DNA of 64,000 nucleotides from Gracilimonas sp. (lineage in GTDB: Bacteria; Bacteroidota; Rhodothermia; Balneolales; Balneolaceae), in NCBI RefSeq assembly GCF_022450045.1, contig NZ_JAKURD010000011.1; one strand, given 5' to 3'. Within the stretch, counting starts at the first letter, position 1. Each line of letters starts with the position of its first letter. Of this stretch, positions 40,077 to 48,417 are shown one piece after another. Made by a program: the position numbers and the translations under genes. The notes under the pieces are model-generated. The model searched no databases, had not been told where the DNA came from, and was given only the letters and a program-made list of their open reading frames with translations.

Positions 40077-40960
40077 AATACCGGATATTTTATTCGCTTG
40101 GCTTCTCCTTTATAACATCGGGCAAGTGAAGCTGTGGTTTCAGACAAGCCAACCATCAGCGGCCGTTGTTTCCGGTTGATCTTAATGTCGCAGGCCAGGC
40201 ACTGCAAAAGTTTCATTTTTAGCTCAGGCGATAATTCTTCCTCTGCTTGTCCTTCATTCATTAATTCCCAAACCAGTTGATCTACATACGGACGGTACGG
40301 TTCCATTATATCGTCCGCCAGGCAGTACGCATTGTATTTATTATGGTGATGGATTCCCAGTGTGGGCAACAGCCCGGAACCGGTAAGGGCACGTGCTACG
40401 GCAGCCCGCAGAACGGTATAACCGTAATTCAGCATATTGTTGGGTACGTTCCCGTACCTTGTACGGTTAAATTCATCCCCAAACAAGCGTGGCCAGTAAA
40501 ACCGGGCGGCACGTGCTTCCATATTTTCCGGATCTCCACTTTTAACCTGCCGGGCCATATATCGTAAAGGCTCACCGTCTTGTTCGGCTGTATCCAGCAT
40601 GGCTGCCTGGTTTCGGATTTTTGCTTTTACTGTTTGTTTCCAAAGTTGTTTTTTGAGTGGAACGGAAGATTCTACTTGCGCACGGAAGTGTTCGGTTTGA
40701 GTTTGATGATTGTCAAGGTGAAATAGCATGGAAGCTGGCAAGTGTTTTTCATTACAGAAAATAACAGCGGCATTATATTTGGCCAGCAAGCGGATGACTG
40801 CCTGGGTAAACGTGATTTGATGATGCTCAAACACCACAAATCCAATGTCTTCCACCGGTCGCTCGTTTTCCTCACCCGTTTGTTTATTTAAAATCACCAA
40901 CTGGCTGTTGTGGATTTTAAGGTGACAGGGACTATTAAAAAAGAGTGTTTTTTTAAGCAT
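40073..40960 (-). CDS. cas1: Type II CRISPR-associated endonuclease Cas1
   Basis: WKQTVKAKIRNQ, EARAARFYW, NNMLNYGYTVLR and GIHHHNKYNAYCLADDIMEPYRP motifs. Confidence 0.96.
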   Translation of the reverse strand: MLKKTLFFNSPCHLKIHNSQLVILNKQTGEENERPVEDIGFVVFEHHQITFTQAVIRLLAKYNAAVIFCNEKHLPASMLFHLDNHQTQTEHFRAQVESSVPLKKQLWKQTVKAKIRNQAAMLDTAEQDGEPLRYMARQVKSGDPENMEARAARFYWPRLFGDEFNRTRYGNVPNNMLNYGYTVLRAAVARALTGSGLLPTLGIHHHNKYNAYCLADDIMEPYRPYVDQLVWELMNEGQAEEELSPELKMKLLQCLACDIKINRKQRPLMVGLSETTASLARCYKGEAKRIKYPVL

Positions 40961-40971
40961 AACAGGTGGGT

Positions 40972-41448
40972 TTATTTCCTGTTTCGGTACTTCCTGATTT
41001 TTTGAAGTTCTTCAACATCGGCTTTGTCTTTCATCCGGCCGGTAAGCATTTTATTTTTGATTAGGTCTTCCAATTGAATAAACCTGACCTCAAGCCCGTC
41101 TTGAAACTGGTAGGGAATGCTGTTTTCAAAAGCTTCTTCAAAATGGAGTCCGGTTATGGCATTGAAAATATCTATTTGCAGCGGTTCGTCTCCAAGTTTA
41201 ACTGAAAAAGGAGAAGTGAAGTCAATTTCTTGCAGGTATTCAACAAGTTCGGTACTCAGTGTTAGTTCTTTTACAGCCCCGACCAGTTGGTCTTTATTAT
41301 TTGAATCGGGTTTTACCCAGATATCCATATCGCCGGTAGTGCGTACGTACCCATGAAAAATAACCGCATACCCGCCCGCGATAAGATAACTTACCCCGTG
41401 AGAATTAAACTCCTTTAACACCTCTGCAAAATTATTAGCCAGGATCAT
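40972..41448 (-). CDS. Pol-beta superfamily nucleotidyltransferase (DUF6036-like)
   Basis: LIAGGYAVIFHGYVRTTGDMDIWV (GG-x-A...R-x-T-x-D-x-D) and C-terminal K...GRMKDKAD. Confidence 0.8.
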   Translation of the reverse strand: MILANNFAEVLKEFNSHGVSYLIAGGYAVIFHGYVRTTGDMDIWVKPDSNNKDQLVGAVKELTLSTELVEYLQEIDFTSPFSVKLGDEPLQIDIFNAITGLHFEEAFENSIPYQFQDGLEVRFIQLEDLIKNKMLTGRMKDKADVEELQKIRKYRNRK

Positions 41449-41710
41449 AGGGGTGGGGTTTCATGATTTGGAAAGACTTGGAAATGGGAGGCCAGGTGCC
41501 ATCTTTTTTCAAATACTGATGAAATACCTGCTTACGCAGCTTCTCTACGTGTTTCAACCGCTCATGGTAAGACAGGCCTGCACTTTGTTTTGCTTCAAAC
41601 TCGGCGGCTTCCTCAAAAGAACTGAACACACGTACGGTTTTAAAGGCTGTGGAGGGTTCCTCAACTTTGCCTTTATCGCTTTTTGATGGTTTTTCTTTTT
41701 TGTTATTCAT
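41435..41710 (-). CDS. Small hypothetical protein coupled to the nucleotidyltransferase
   Basis: 91 aa, starts 5 nt after the cas9 stop and overlaps the NTase start. Low-complexity N-terminus and helical core (LSYHERLKHVEKLR). Confidence 0.65.
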   Translation of the reverse strand: MNNKKEKPSKSDKGKVEEPSTAFKTVRVFSSFEEAAEFEAKQSAGLSYHERLKHVEKLRKQVFHQYLKKDGTWPPISKSFQIMKPHPYDPG

Positions 41711-41715
41711 TGAAA

Positions 41716-44700
41716 TTAACTCACTAATGTTAGTTTCCCTGTGGCAGAAATTTCTACTTTTCTGGGATTAAATCGTCTCCATCCTGTTTTACCATTTCCA
41801 AAACTTTGGATTCTATGAAAATAAGGTTCAATTTTATTATCACGAGTAGATTCTGAAATAAGTCTGAATTCATAATATTTTGATGATAAAGTTTGAACTC
41901 TAAACAAATGTTGACTTAAAACCATATAATCATCTTCAAATTCTTTTATTTGTTCATCGGTTAATCCAAGTAAAAATAAGTCGTTTATTTGCATGGAGGT
42001 AATGATCTTATTTCCATTTGCAGGAAGTTGAATAATTGATTGATCTTGAGCTTTTCGTTCAACGGCCTCCCAAAAGGTTATCACCTGTTCTGCTATATTG
42101 CCTTCTTTATTTTCATAAATAAGGACGTGATGGTTGTTTTTGGGATTTACAAATTGATTTATCCCATCCTTCAACTGTTCTGCATTTCCAATATTTTCCT
42201 TGATACGAACCTTCTTTACGGGTATTGGGTCGCCATTTTTGTTAGGCAGATGAACTAACGGCTTTCGCTTTTTAGTTTCTTCATCAATTTCAAAAAAGGC
42301 ATTTTTAGGAACAGAATACTTTTTATTCAAATCTATTGAAGAATTAGCTCTTTTTACTGCGGCTCGAACTAATTCTCTAATTTTAGGATCTACAATTTTA
42401 TCCACTTTTGCACTGTTGTTGATAGTATCGAGTGGTTTTCTAACATGAAAGTATTCTTCTCCATTTTTATCTTCATGTTTACCATACACGGTATCCTGAT
42501 GCAGTTGTCCTCTTGCAGCCATACCTTCTGCAAAAAGCCTTTTGCCATTTTTTGTTTTCGGTTTACCGTTGTAGTCAAAAAGTTGTTTTTTAACTTTGGT
42601 AAGTACCCGGTCTGTTTTTTTGTGAGAAACTAAAATCCGGTTAACAGCAAGGTTTGCATCCTGCCAGAAATTATCCCAGGGCAAATCAACAGACTTTTCT
42701 TTTTTGATTTTCCAATTATCCCATCCTTTTGCAGAAAGTGTTGATATTTGCTGCAGGTATTTTCTTTCAGAACAAGCCACTGTTAAAGCATCAATGGCAT
42801 GGTGGCGATGATCGTCTCTTTCTTTAAAGGGATAAAGGGTACCATCTTTTACATTGCCTTGAATAAATTGCCCTTTTTTCTCCAGTGTTTTTTGGTCTTT
42901 CTTTAGCGTTTCTTTATTCCAGGGTAAAAGTCCTGCTACATTATCTTCTGCATCAATCGCCGCTAAATATTCGCCGTCTTCAACATCTCCAACTTCATAG
43001 AAATCATTAAGGATTCCGTCTAATCCCCAAAAATGCCTCAACATGGAAGTTACCGTACCTTGTGCAACAGTAACTTTAGGGCAGGCGTGTTTCAAGTACG
43101 TTTTGGCAATTTTAGAGATGTACCGGGTATCATTTAACTGCCTTTCGATAAAACCTTCTGCATCGGGTTTCTTTTTACTAATAAAGCGGCGGTATTTCGG
43201 ATTGTTCTTTTTGAAAAGACGGTAAGCTCTTTGCTTCATTTTATCCCATTCGGAAGTGCCTCCAAATGCCTGATAGGGTGTAAGGTTTCCTTTCTCCTGA
43301 TTTTTATAAGCAAGGCAAAGCGTCTTGTTTTGCAGGCCATTATCTAAAGAAACACTATATGGTATGATGTGTTCTACTTGCACATATCCCTCATCAAATA
43401 ATTCAGTGAGGCCTATTTTTTCGCCGGTGAAAGGACAAATACCTTCACATTCTTCCCAAAGCAAAACTTTCTGAATGTTTGAACGGGTATGCTTGATGCC
43501 ATATTCATCCAATCGGGCTTTAATTCGAATATTTTCAGCTTCTCTTTCCTGTTGGCGGTCACGAATTCTGTCGCGATGTTTTTTTGAGGATTTAAGTTCT
43601 CTTGCTAATTCTATTCTTATTTCATCCGGTGCTCCATATTCTTCAATAATAGAATTAACAACGGTACGAAGCTCGAACAGGGTTTGCTGAACAATTGGGT
43701 TTCGAATAGTATCCGGTGAAGGCAACTTACCTTCCAGTTCAACCTCTTTTTCCAAACTATGGTGGTACAGCTTATCCGCTTTGTTTTTTGGGAGGGCAAA
43801 TTTTTCAACAAGCAGTTCTTTGATTTTATCTACAATCTTTCCTTCTGTGTGGTTTGAGATAATATTGAGCACGTCCTTTTCAATATCTGTTTTTTTCTCC
43901 TGCCCCATTTCATCCCAGGCTTTTGAACCAAAAGCAGCCCGAAGGCCTCCCAGTAAAACAGCTTTATCGTAAATAAAACCTTTCTTTAAATAGGGAAGAA
44001 TATTCAGAATGGCTTTACGGCTCAGATTGGCATAGCCGTCTTTCAAAGTAAAAGACTTAAATTTTTCAATCTCATCAGGATATAATTCCCACTTTTCTTC
44101 TGCATATCTATCCAGCCAATCAGGATCATCAGCCGTTAATTTTATATGCCAGATATCTTCCTGTTCCTTCAGACTTAATTCATGCCATCGTTCTTTTCCG
44201 AATATTTTTTGAAAGCTTGCGATTGTTCTGTTGCCAGGCAGTTTATCTTTGTCTTTATAGTTATAGTTGCCATCGGGGCGGGAAAGTTTTGTTCTAAGTG
44301 TTTTAAATGGAAATGCTTTGTCTTTAGAATTAAAAACTTCCAGAGCTATTTTTCGATCCTCTTCATTGAGTGGTTGTTCCCCATCAAGAATGCTGTTGAT
44401 AGTTTGATAGGTTCTAAATAATTCGAATGGAATAGCTGAAAGCTGACATCTTGGCTTATTTGTTTCAAAAGAACAATTACCAATTAGGTGTTTTTGAGAA
44501 CGTAAGGGGCGCTGATAAAATAATATTCCATCTTTTGTATCACCTCTGCGTTTACTTCCACCAATTTTTATTCTAAGATCTTCCGTAAAGATTTCAGGAT
44601 AAAATTCTTTTTGGTGTTCCCAGATTATTTCAAACTCTTCCTCGTACATGGATCGAAGAGTGTATCTGTTTCTTAAACGTTTTTTATGGGAGTCTTCATG

Positions 44701-45318
44701 GTGCAGGTAATTTCCAAGTGTCCCATATTCCTCTATTTTTTCCTTGGTTTCATTAATACCTGTTTTTCCTTCCTTTGGTTTTCCCTCATACAAAGCACCA
44801 GAATCTTCATCCTGATTTTGCAGCGTTTCTTTATATCCTCTTCTCTGCGCAAAGTGATAAAAAATTCTTCCGATTTCATGAAAGGATAGCTTTTCCCCTT
44901 TGTATGCTTTTGACCTGGCTTTATAGGGATCAATAGTAAAAAAAGATCTGAGCGCGATAGGCAGTTCCTTTTCTCTAATAACTGTTTGAAATTTCCCTCT
45001 GAATTTTTCTTCAGAAACGTTATTTCCGGTCAGTTTTTTATAGACACTATCTATGTCCGGGAACATTCCATGTTTAATGAGAAGATGGGTAAGCTTTTCT
45101 TTCCTCAATTTCGTTCGAAAGTTTTGCCTTCGAATTTGGCGTTTTTCACGACGGGTAGCGTTTTTGGATTCCTCTTTAGTTCCTTTTTCAAGATTAATTC
45201 CCATTGGAAAAATTCTTGATCCTATTCCTGGAATCATTCCTCTTTCATTATCTAATTCTATAACCGACCAGCCAATAGAGTTTGTACCCAAATCCAATCC
45301 CAATATTCTTTTACTCAT
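41716..45318 (-). CDS. cas9: Type II-C CRISPR-associated endonuclease Cas9 (1200 aa)
   Basis: RuvC-I LGLDLGTNSIG, Arg-rich bridge helix, RuvC-II IELARE, HNH VEHIIPYS...NKTL...NQEKGN, RuvC-III DHRHHAIDA. No csn2 or cas4 in the locus. Confidence 0.97.
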   Translation of the reverse strand: MSKRILGLDLGTNSIGWSVIELDNERGMIPGIGSRIFPMGINLEKGTKEESKNATRREKRQIRRQNFRTKLRKEKLTHLLIKHGMFPDIDSVYKKLTGNNVSEEKFRGKFQTVIREKELPIALRSFFTIDPYKARSKAYKGEKLSFHEIGRIFYHFAQRRGYKETLQNQDEDSGALYEGKPKEGKTGINETKEKIEEYGTLGNYLHHEDSHKKRLRNRYTLRSMYEEEFEIIWEHQKEFYPEIFTEDLRIKIGGSKRRGDTKDGILFYQRPLRSQKHLIGNCSFETNKPRCQLSAIPFELFRTYQTINSILDGEQPLNEEDRKIALEVFNSKDKAFPFKTLRTKLSRPDGNYNYKDKDKLPGNRTIASFQKIFGKERWHELSLKEQEDIWHIKLTADDPDWLDRYAEEKWELYPDEIEKFKSFTLKDGYANLSRKAILNILPYLKKGFIYDKAVLLGGLRAAFGSKAWDEMGQEKKTDIEKDVLNIISNHTEGKIVDKIKELLVEKFALPKNKADKLYHHSLEKEVELEGKLPSPDTIRNPIVQQTLFELRTVVNSIIEEYGAPDEIRIELARELKSSKKHRDRIRDRQQEREAENIRIKARLDEYGIKHTRSNIQKVLLWEECEGICPFTGEKIGLTELFDEGYVQVEHIIPYSVSLDNGLQNKTLCLAYKNQEKGNLTPYQAFGGTSEWDKMKQRAYRLFKKNNPKYRRFISKKKPDAEGFIERQLNDTRYISKIAKTYLKHACPKVTVAQGTVTSMLRHFWGLDGILNDFYEVGDVEDGEYLAAIDAEDNVAGLLPWNKETLKKDQKTLEKKGQFIQGNVKDGTLYPFKERDDHRHHAIDALTVACSERKYLQQISTLSAKGWDNWKIKKEKSVDLPWDNFWQDANLAVNRILVSHKKTDRVLTKVKKQLFDYNGKPKTKNGKRLFAEGMAARGQLHQDTVYGKHEDKNGEEYFHVRKPLDTINNSAKVDKIVDPKIRELVRAAVKRANSSIDLNKKYSVPKNAFFEIDEETKKRKPLVHLPNKNGDPIPVKKVRIKENIGNAEQLKDGINQFVNPKNNHHVLIYENKEGNIAEQVITFWEAVERKAQDQSIIQLPANGNKIITSMQINDLFLLGLTDEQIKEFEDDYMVLSQHLFRVQTLSSKYYEFRLISESTRDNKIEPYFHRIQSFGNGKTGWRRFNPRKVEISATGKLTLVS

Positions 45319-45351
45319 GACAATCTGATTTTAGTTGATAGTCTATGTTAT

Positions 45352-45383
45352 TTTGTGATATCAAAAAAAAATGGTTACAATTG
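45352..45383 (+). promoter_or_regulatory. Probable tracrRNA promoter (-33 TTTG, -7 TACAATTG)
   Basis: TTTG at 45352-45355, 20-nt spacer, then TACAATTG (one mismatch to TAnnTTTG) just upstream of the anti-repeat. Confidence 0.45.
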
Positions 45384-45389
45384 TCTCAT

Positions 45390-45478
45390 AAGAAACCATC
45401 TAAATTTCTTATCACAATAAGGCTATATGCCGAAGGCTTTTGCCTATGAGTCCCGCGTACTCCGTGGGACTTTTTTTT
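45390..45478 (+). ncRNA. tracrRNA
   Basis: Anti-repeat CCATCTAAA...ATCACAAT (45396-45418) pairs with repeat TTTAGATGG and GTTGTGGT. Followed by nexus AAGGCTATATGCCG and terminator hairpin GTCCCGCG...CGTGGGAC-T8. Confidence 0.88.
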
Positions 45479-45565
45479 GTCCAATAACTTCTAATTAAAC
45501 TCTTTAGTTATTGAAAATCAAACTGATGTAGATAGATTAAGGAATTAAACTTTTCATATACAAGA

Positions 45566-46030
45566 ATGGAAACACAAAAGTGCATAGAGAAACTTTACAC
45601 TGCTCTCCAGGATCTGGATGCAGAAACAATGATTAGTTGCTACCACCCTGAGGCAACATTTGAAGATCCGGTATTCGAGCTGAGTTCAAAAAAAGAAATA
45701 GCAGGAATGTGGACCATGCTCTGCAAAAGAGCGAAGGAATTTGAATTCCATTTTGATCAGGTTTGGGCCGATGAGGAAAAAGGAAAAGCCCGGCTGAAAG
45801 CGAAGTACTTATTTTCTAAGACAAACCGGATGGTCTATAACAACATTAACGCCCGGTTCAAATTCAAAGACGGCCTGATCATTGAACACATTGACTCCTT
45901 TAATTTCTGGAGATGGAGCCGGCAGGCATTGGGTTTTCCGGGGATTTTATTGGGATGGACTTCATTTTTTCAAAAGAAAGTACAGCGGAAGGCATACAAA
46001 AATATGAAGGTTTATATCCCTAGCGACTAA
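45566..46030 (+). CDS. NTF2/SnoaL-like family protein
   Basis: YHPEATFEDPVF...FKFKDGLIIEHIDSFNFWRW. Confidence 0.85.
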   Translation: METQKCIEKLYTALQDLDAETMISCYHPEATFEDPVFELSSKKEIAGMWTMLCKRAKEFEFHFDQVWADEEKGKARLKAKYLFSKTNRMVYNNINARFKFKDGLIIEHIDSFNFWRWSRQALGFPGILLGWTSFFQKKVQRKAYKNMKVYIPSD

Positions 46031-46098
46031 GCAGGAACATTGAATGTTTTAGAGGTTATAATTGTATCTATTATCAAACGCAGAACAAACAGACGATT

Positions 46099-46773
46099 AT
46101 GCCATATACACTTCAGATCTTAGATATCGACAACGTAACTCATGATGTAAGACAAGTTACCCTTGAAAAGCCGGAAGGCTATGAATTTGAACCCGGCCAG
46201 GCCACTGAGGTAGCGATTGACAAAGAAGGATGGAGAGAAGAAAAACGCCCATTTACATTTACTTCTTTGAATGAAGAAGAACATCTCGAATTCACGATCA
46301 AGATCTATCCGGAACATGGTGGTGTGACCGAACAGATCGGTAAACTGAAAAAAGGAGACAAGCTGATCATTGATGAACCCTGGGGAACGATACAGTATAA
46401 AGGGGAAGGGGTATTTTTAGCCGGAGGTGCCGGAGTTACCCCCTTCATTGCTATCCTCAGAGACCTTCACAAAAAAGGTGAGATCGGTAATAACAAGCTC
46501 ATATTTTCTAATAAAACGGAAAAAGACATCATCCTGAAGAATGAATTTGAGGATATGCTGGGTGATAACTTCATCAACGCCATTACGGATGAAGATCCGG
46601 AAGGCGATCATATTTTCCTGGATGGTTTTGTAGATAAGGAATTTCTGCAATCTCAGATCGACGACTTTGATCAGCCGTTTTATGTATGCGGCCCCGGCCC
46701 CTTCAATGAATCCATGATGAAGTATCTGAAAGAACTGGGAGCCGATCCTGATGCTTTGGTCTTTGAAGAGTAG
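46099..46773 (+). CDS. FNR-like FAD/NAD(P)-binding oxidoreductase (flavodoxin reductase-like)
   Basis: RPFTFTS, FLAGGAGVTPF, FYVCGP and C-terminal FEE. Confidence 0.88.
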   Translation: MPYTLQILDIDNVTHDVRQVTLEKPEGYEFEPGQATEVAIDKEGWREEKRPFTFTSLNEEEHLEFTIKIYPEHGGVTEQIGKLKKGDKLIIDEPWGTIQYKGEGVFLAGGAGVTPFIAILRDLHKKGEIGNNKLIFSNKTEKDIILKNEFEDMLGDNFINAITDEDPEGDHIFLDGFVDKEFLQSQIDDFDQPFYVCGPGPFNESMMKYLKELGADPDALVFEE

Positions 46774-46872
46774 GAGTCATATTTTAGGGCAAATGCCGGA
46801 TGTATCTTTCCATATTGCCTAAGGCAAGTCTTAAAAGCTGTTTTTTAAGATGGTTTAGAACTGGTCCATATT

Positions 46873-47067
46873 TAACCTGAGTTCGAGATAAAAACTAAGT
46901 TAAAAGGATAAAAATGGATGCTTTTGGTCATTCCCGTGGAGACGGGAATCTAATGGCTGCCATGAATTCGGTATTCGCTACCTGACCAGCCATAGGATTT
47001 CGGGCATTCGCCGCGAAATGACCGTTCAACGTACTCAAGAGATGGTCTTTATATCGAATTCACGGTA
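46873..47067. mobile_element. MITE family A, full copy
   Basis: TIRs TAACCTGAGTTCGAGATAA and TTATATCGAATTCACGGTA. Body almost identical to 23130-23324. Confidence 0.8.
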
Positions 47068-47073
47068 TTTAAT

Positions 47074-47294
47074 TAGCGTGAGTTCGGGATAAAGAATGTT
47101 TCTAAAAGAATTATAAAACAACTATGAAATCCATCTGACGGATGCCCCGCCTGATGGATGAAACAGGCTGAGATAATTTAATAGGCAAAAAGTACTTTTA
47201 AGGTTAGGTGCCCAAATCAAACAAACGGTCAGATGGACTTGGAGCCATCCGGCCGTGCCTCGGAGGCTTTGACGAGGATAATTATCTCGAACAC
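47074..47294. mobile_element. MITE family B copy (same TIR, different hairpin cargo)
   Basis: TAGCGTGAGTTCGGGATAA left end, GAATGTTTCTAAAAGAATT as at 37361, two hairpins, partial right TIR TTATCTCGAACAC. Confidence 0.7.
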
Positions 47295-47419
47295 TTTTTG
47301 GTTTCTCTACAAATTTTTTCATATCTGTTTTATATAAATAATTGTTAATTATATTTCTACGTATAAATCCAAAAGGATGACCATTTGCTCGGTTTTACGT
47401 ATGTTCATTCAAAAATTAA

Positions 47420-48343
47420 ATGACACACGGCACACACAACGCGGTTCATGATCCGCGGAACGAGAATGTTCTCATTTACATCAATGGAGAATTATTTCCC
47501 AGGGCTGAAGCTAAGATATCCGTATTTGACAGCGGGTATTTAGTTGGTGATGGGGTTTGGGAAGGATTCCGCCTTCATAAAGGTGTGCTTGTATTCCTTA
47601 AAGAACATTATGACCGGTTATATCAGGGAGCTAAAACCATAGGCATGGATCTGAATATAACCCGTCAAGAGATCACAGAGGCTATTTGGGAAACACTGGA
47701 AGCCAATAAGATGAAGGACGGTGTCCATGTTCGCCTGATGTTTACCCGAGGCATAAAAAAGACCCCTTCTCAAGACCCAAGATTGACGATATCCGGTCCG
47801 AATTTGGTGATCATTGCCGAGTATAAACAGGCCGATCCTAAGAGCAGAGACCGTGGGGTGACACTATTTACCAGCACCATTCGCCGCGGTTCACCTGATT
47901 ATCTTGATCCCCGTTTGAACTGCCACAGTAAGATTCATGAAGTGCAGGCATTGGTTCAAGCTATCGAAGCCGGTGCGGATGAAGCATTGATGCTGGATGT
48001 GAACGGTTTTGTGTCAACTTGCAATGCAACCAACTTTTTTATGGTTAAAGGGGATGAAGTATGGACTTCCACCGGGCAGTATTGTATGAATGGCATTACC
48101 CGTGGCAAGGTGATCGAGATCTGTGAGAAATCGGGCTTCACATGCCGGCAAAAGAATTTTTCACTGTTTGATGTATATGGAGCTGATGAGGCATTTGTAA
48201 CCGGAAGTTTTGGAGGGCTGACTCCCGTGACTACGATTGATGGGAGAACCATTTCAGGATCTGTATCCGGTGCCATGACTCAAAAGCTACAACAGTTGTA
48301 TGAAAAAGAAATTGAACATGCTGTACAGAAAAAAAAGGTATAG
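47420..48343 (+). CDS. Class IV PLP-dependent aminotransferase-like protein (atypical active site)
   Basis: KISVFDSGYLVGDGVWEG, AGADEALMLD, GITRGKV and ADEAFVTGS motifs. Confidence 0.85.
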   Translation: MTHGTHNAVHDPRNENVLIYINGELFPRAEAKISVFDSGYLVGDGVWEGFRLHKGVLVFLKEHYDRLYQGAKTIGMDLNITRQEITEAIWETLEANKMKDGVHVRLMFTRGIKKTPSQDPRLTISGPNLVIIAEYKQADPKSRDRGVTLFTSTIRRGSPDYLDPRLNCHSKIHEVQALVQAIEAGADEALMLDVNGFVSTCNATNFFMVKGDEVWTSTGQYCMNGITRGKVIEICEKSGFTCRQKNFSLFDVYGADEAFVTGSFGGLTPVTTIDGRTISGSVSGAMTQKLQQLYEKEIEHAVQKKKV

Positions 48344-48417
48344 CAGCACATAGAATATAAATTTTACACTGGGTGAAAGAGAAGCTCAGTTTTAAAATAA
48401 AAGCAGAGGCTAAATAC

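Noticed and set aside
40972-41448. NTase as a CBASS/CD-NTase or MNT-HEPN antitoxin
   Set aside because: At 158 aa it is too short for a CD-NTase, and there is no effector or HEPN (RxxxxH) gene adjacent.
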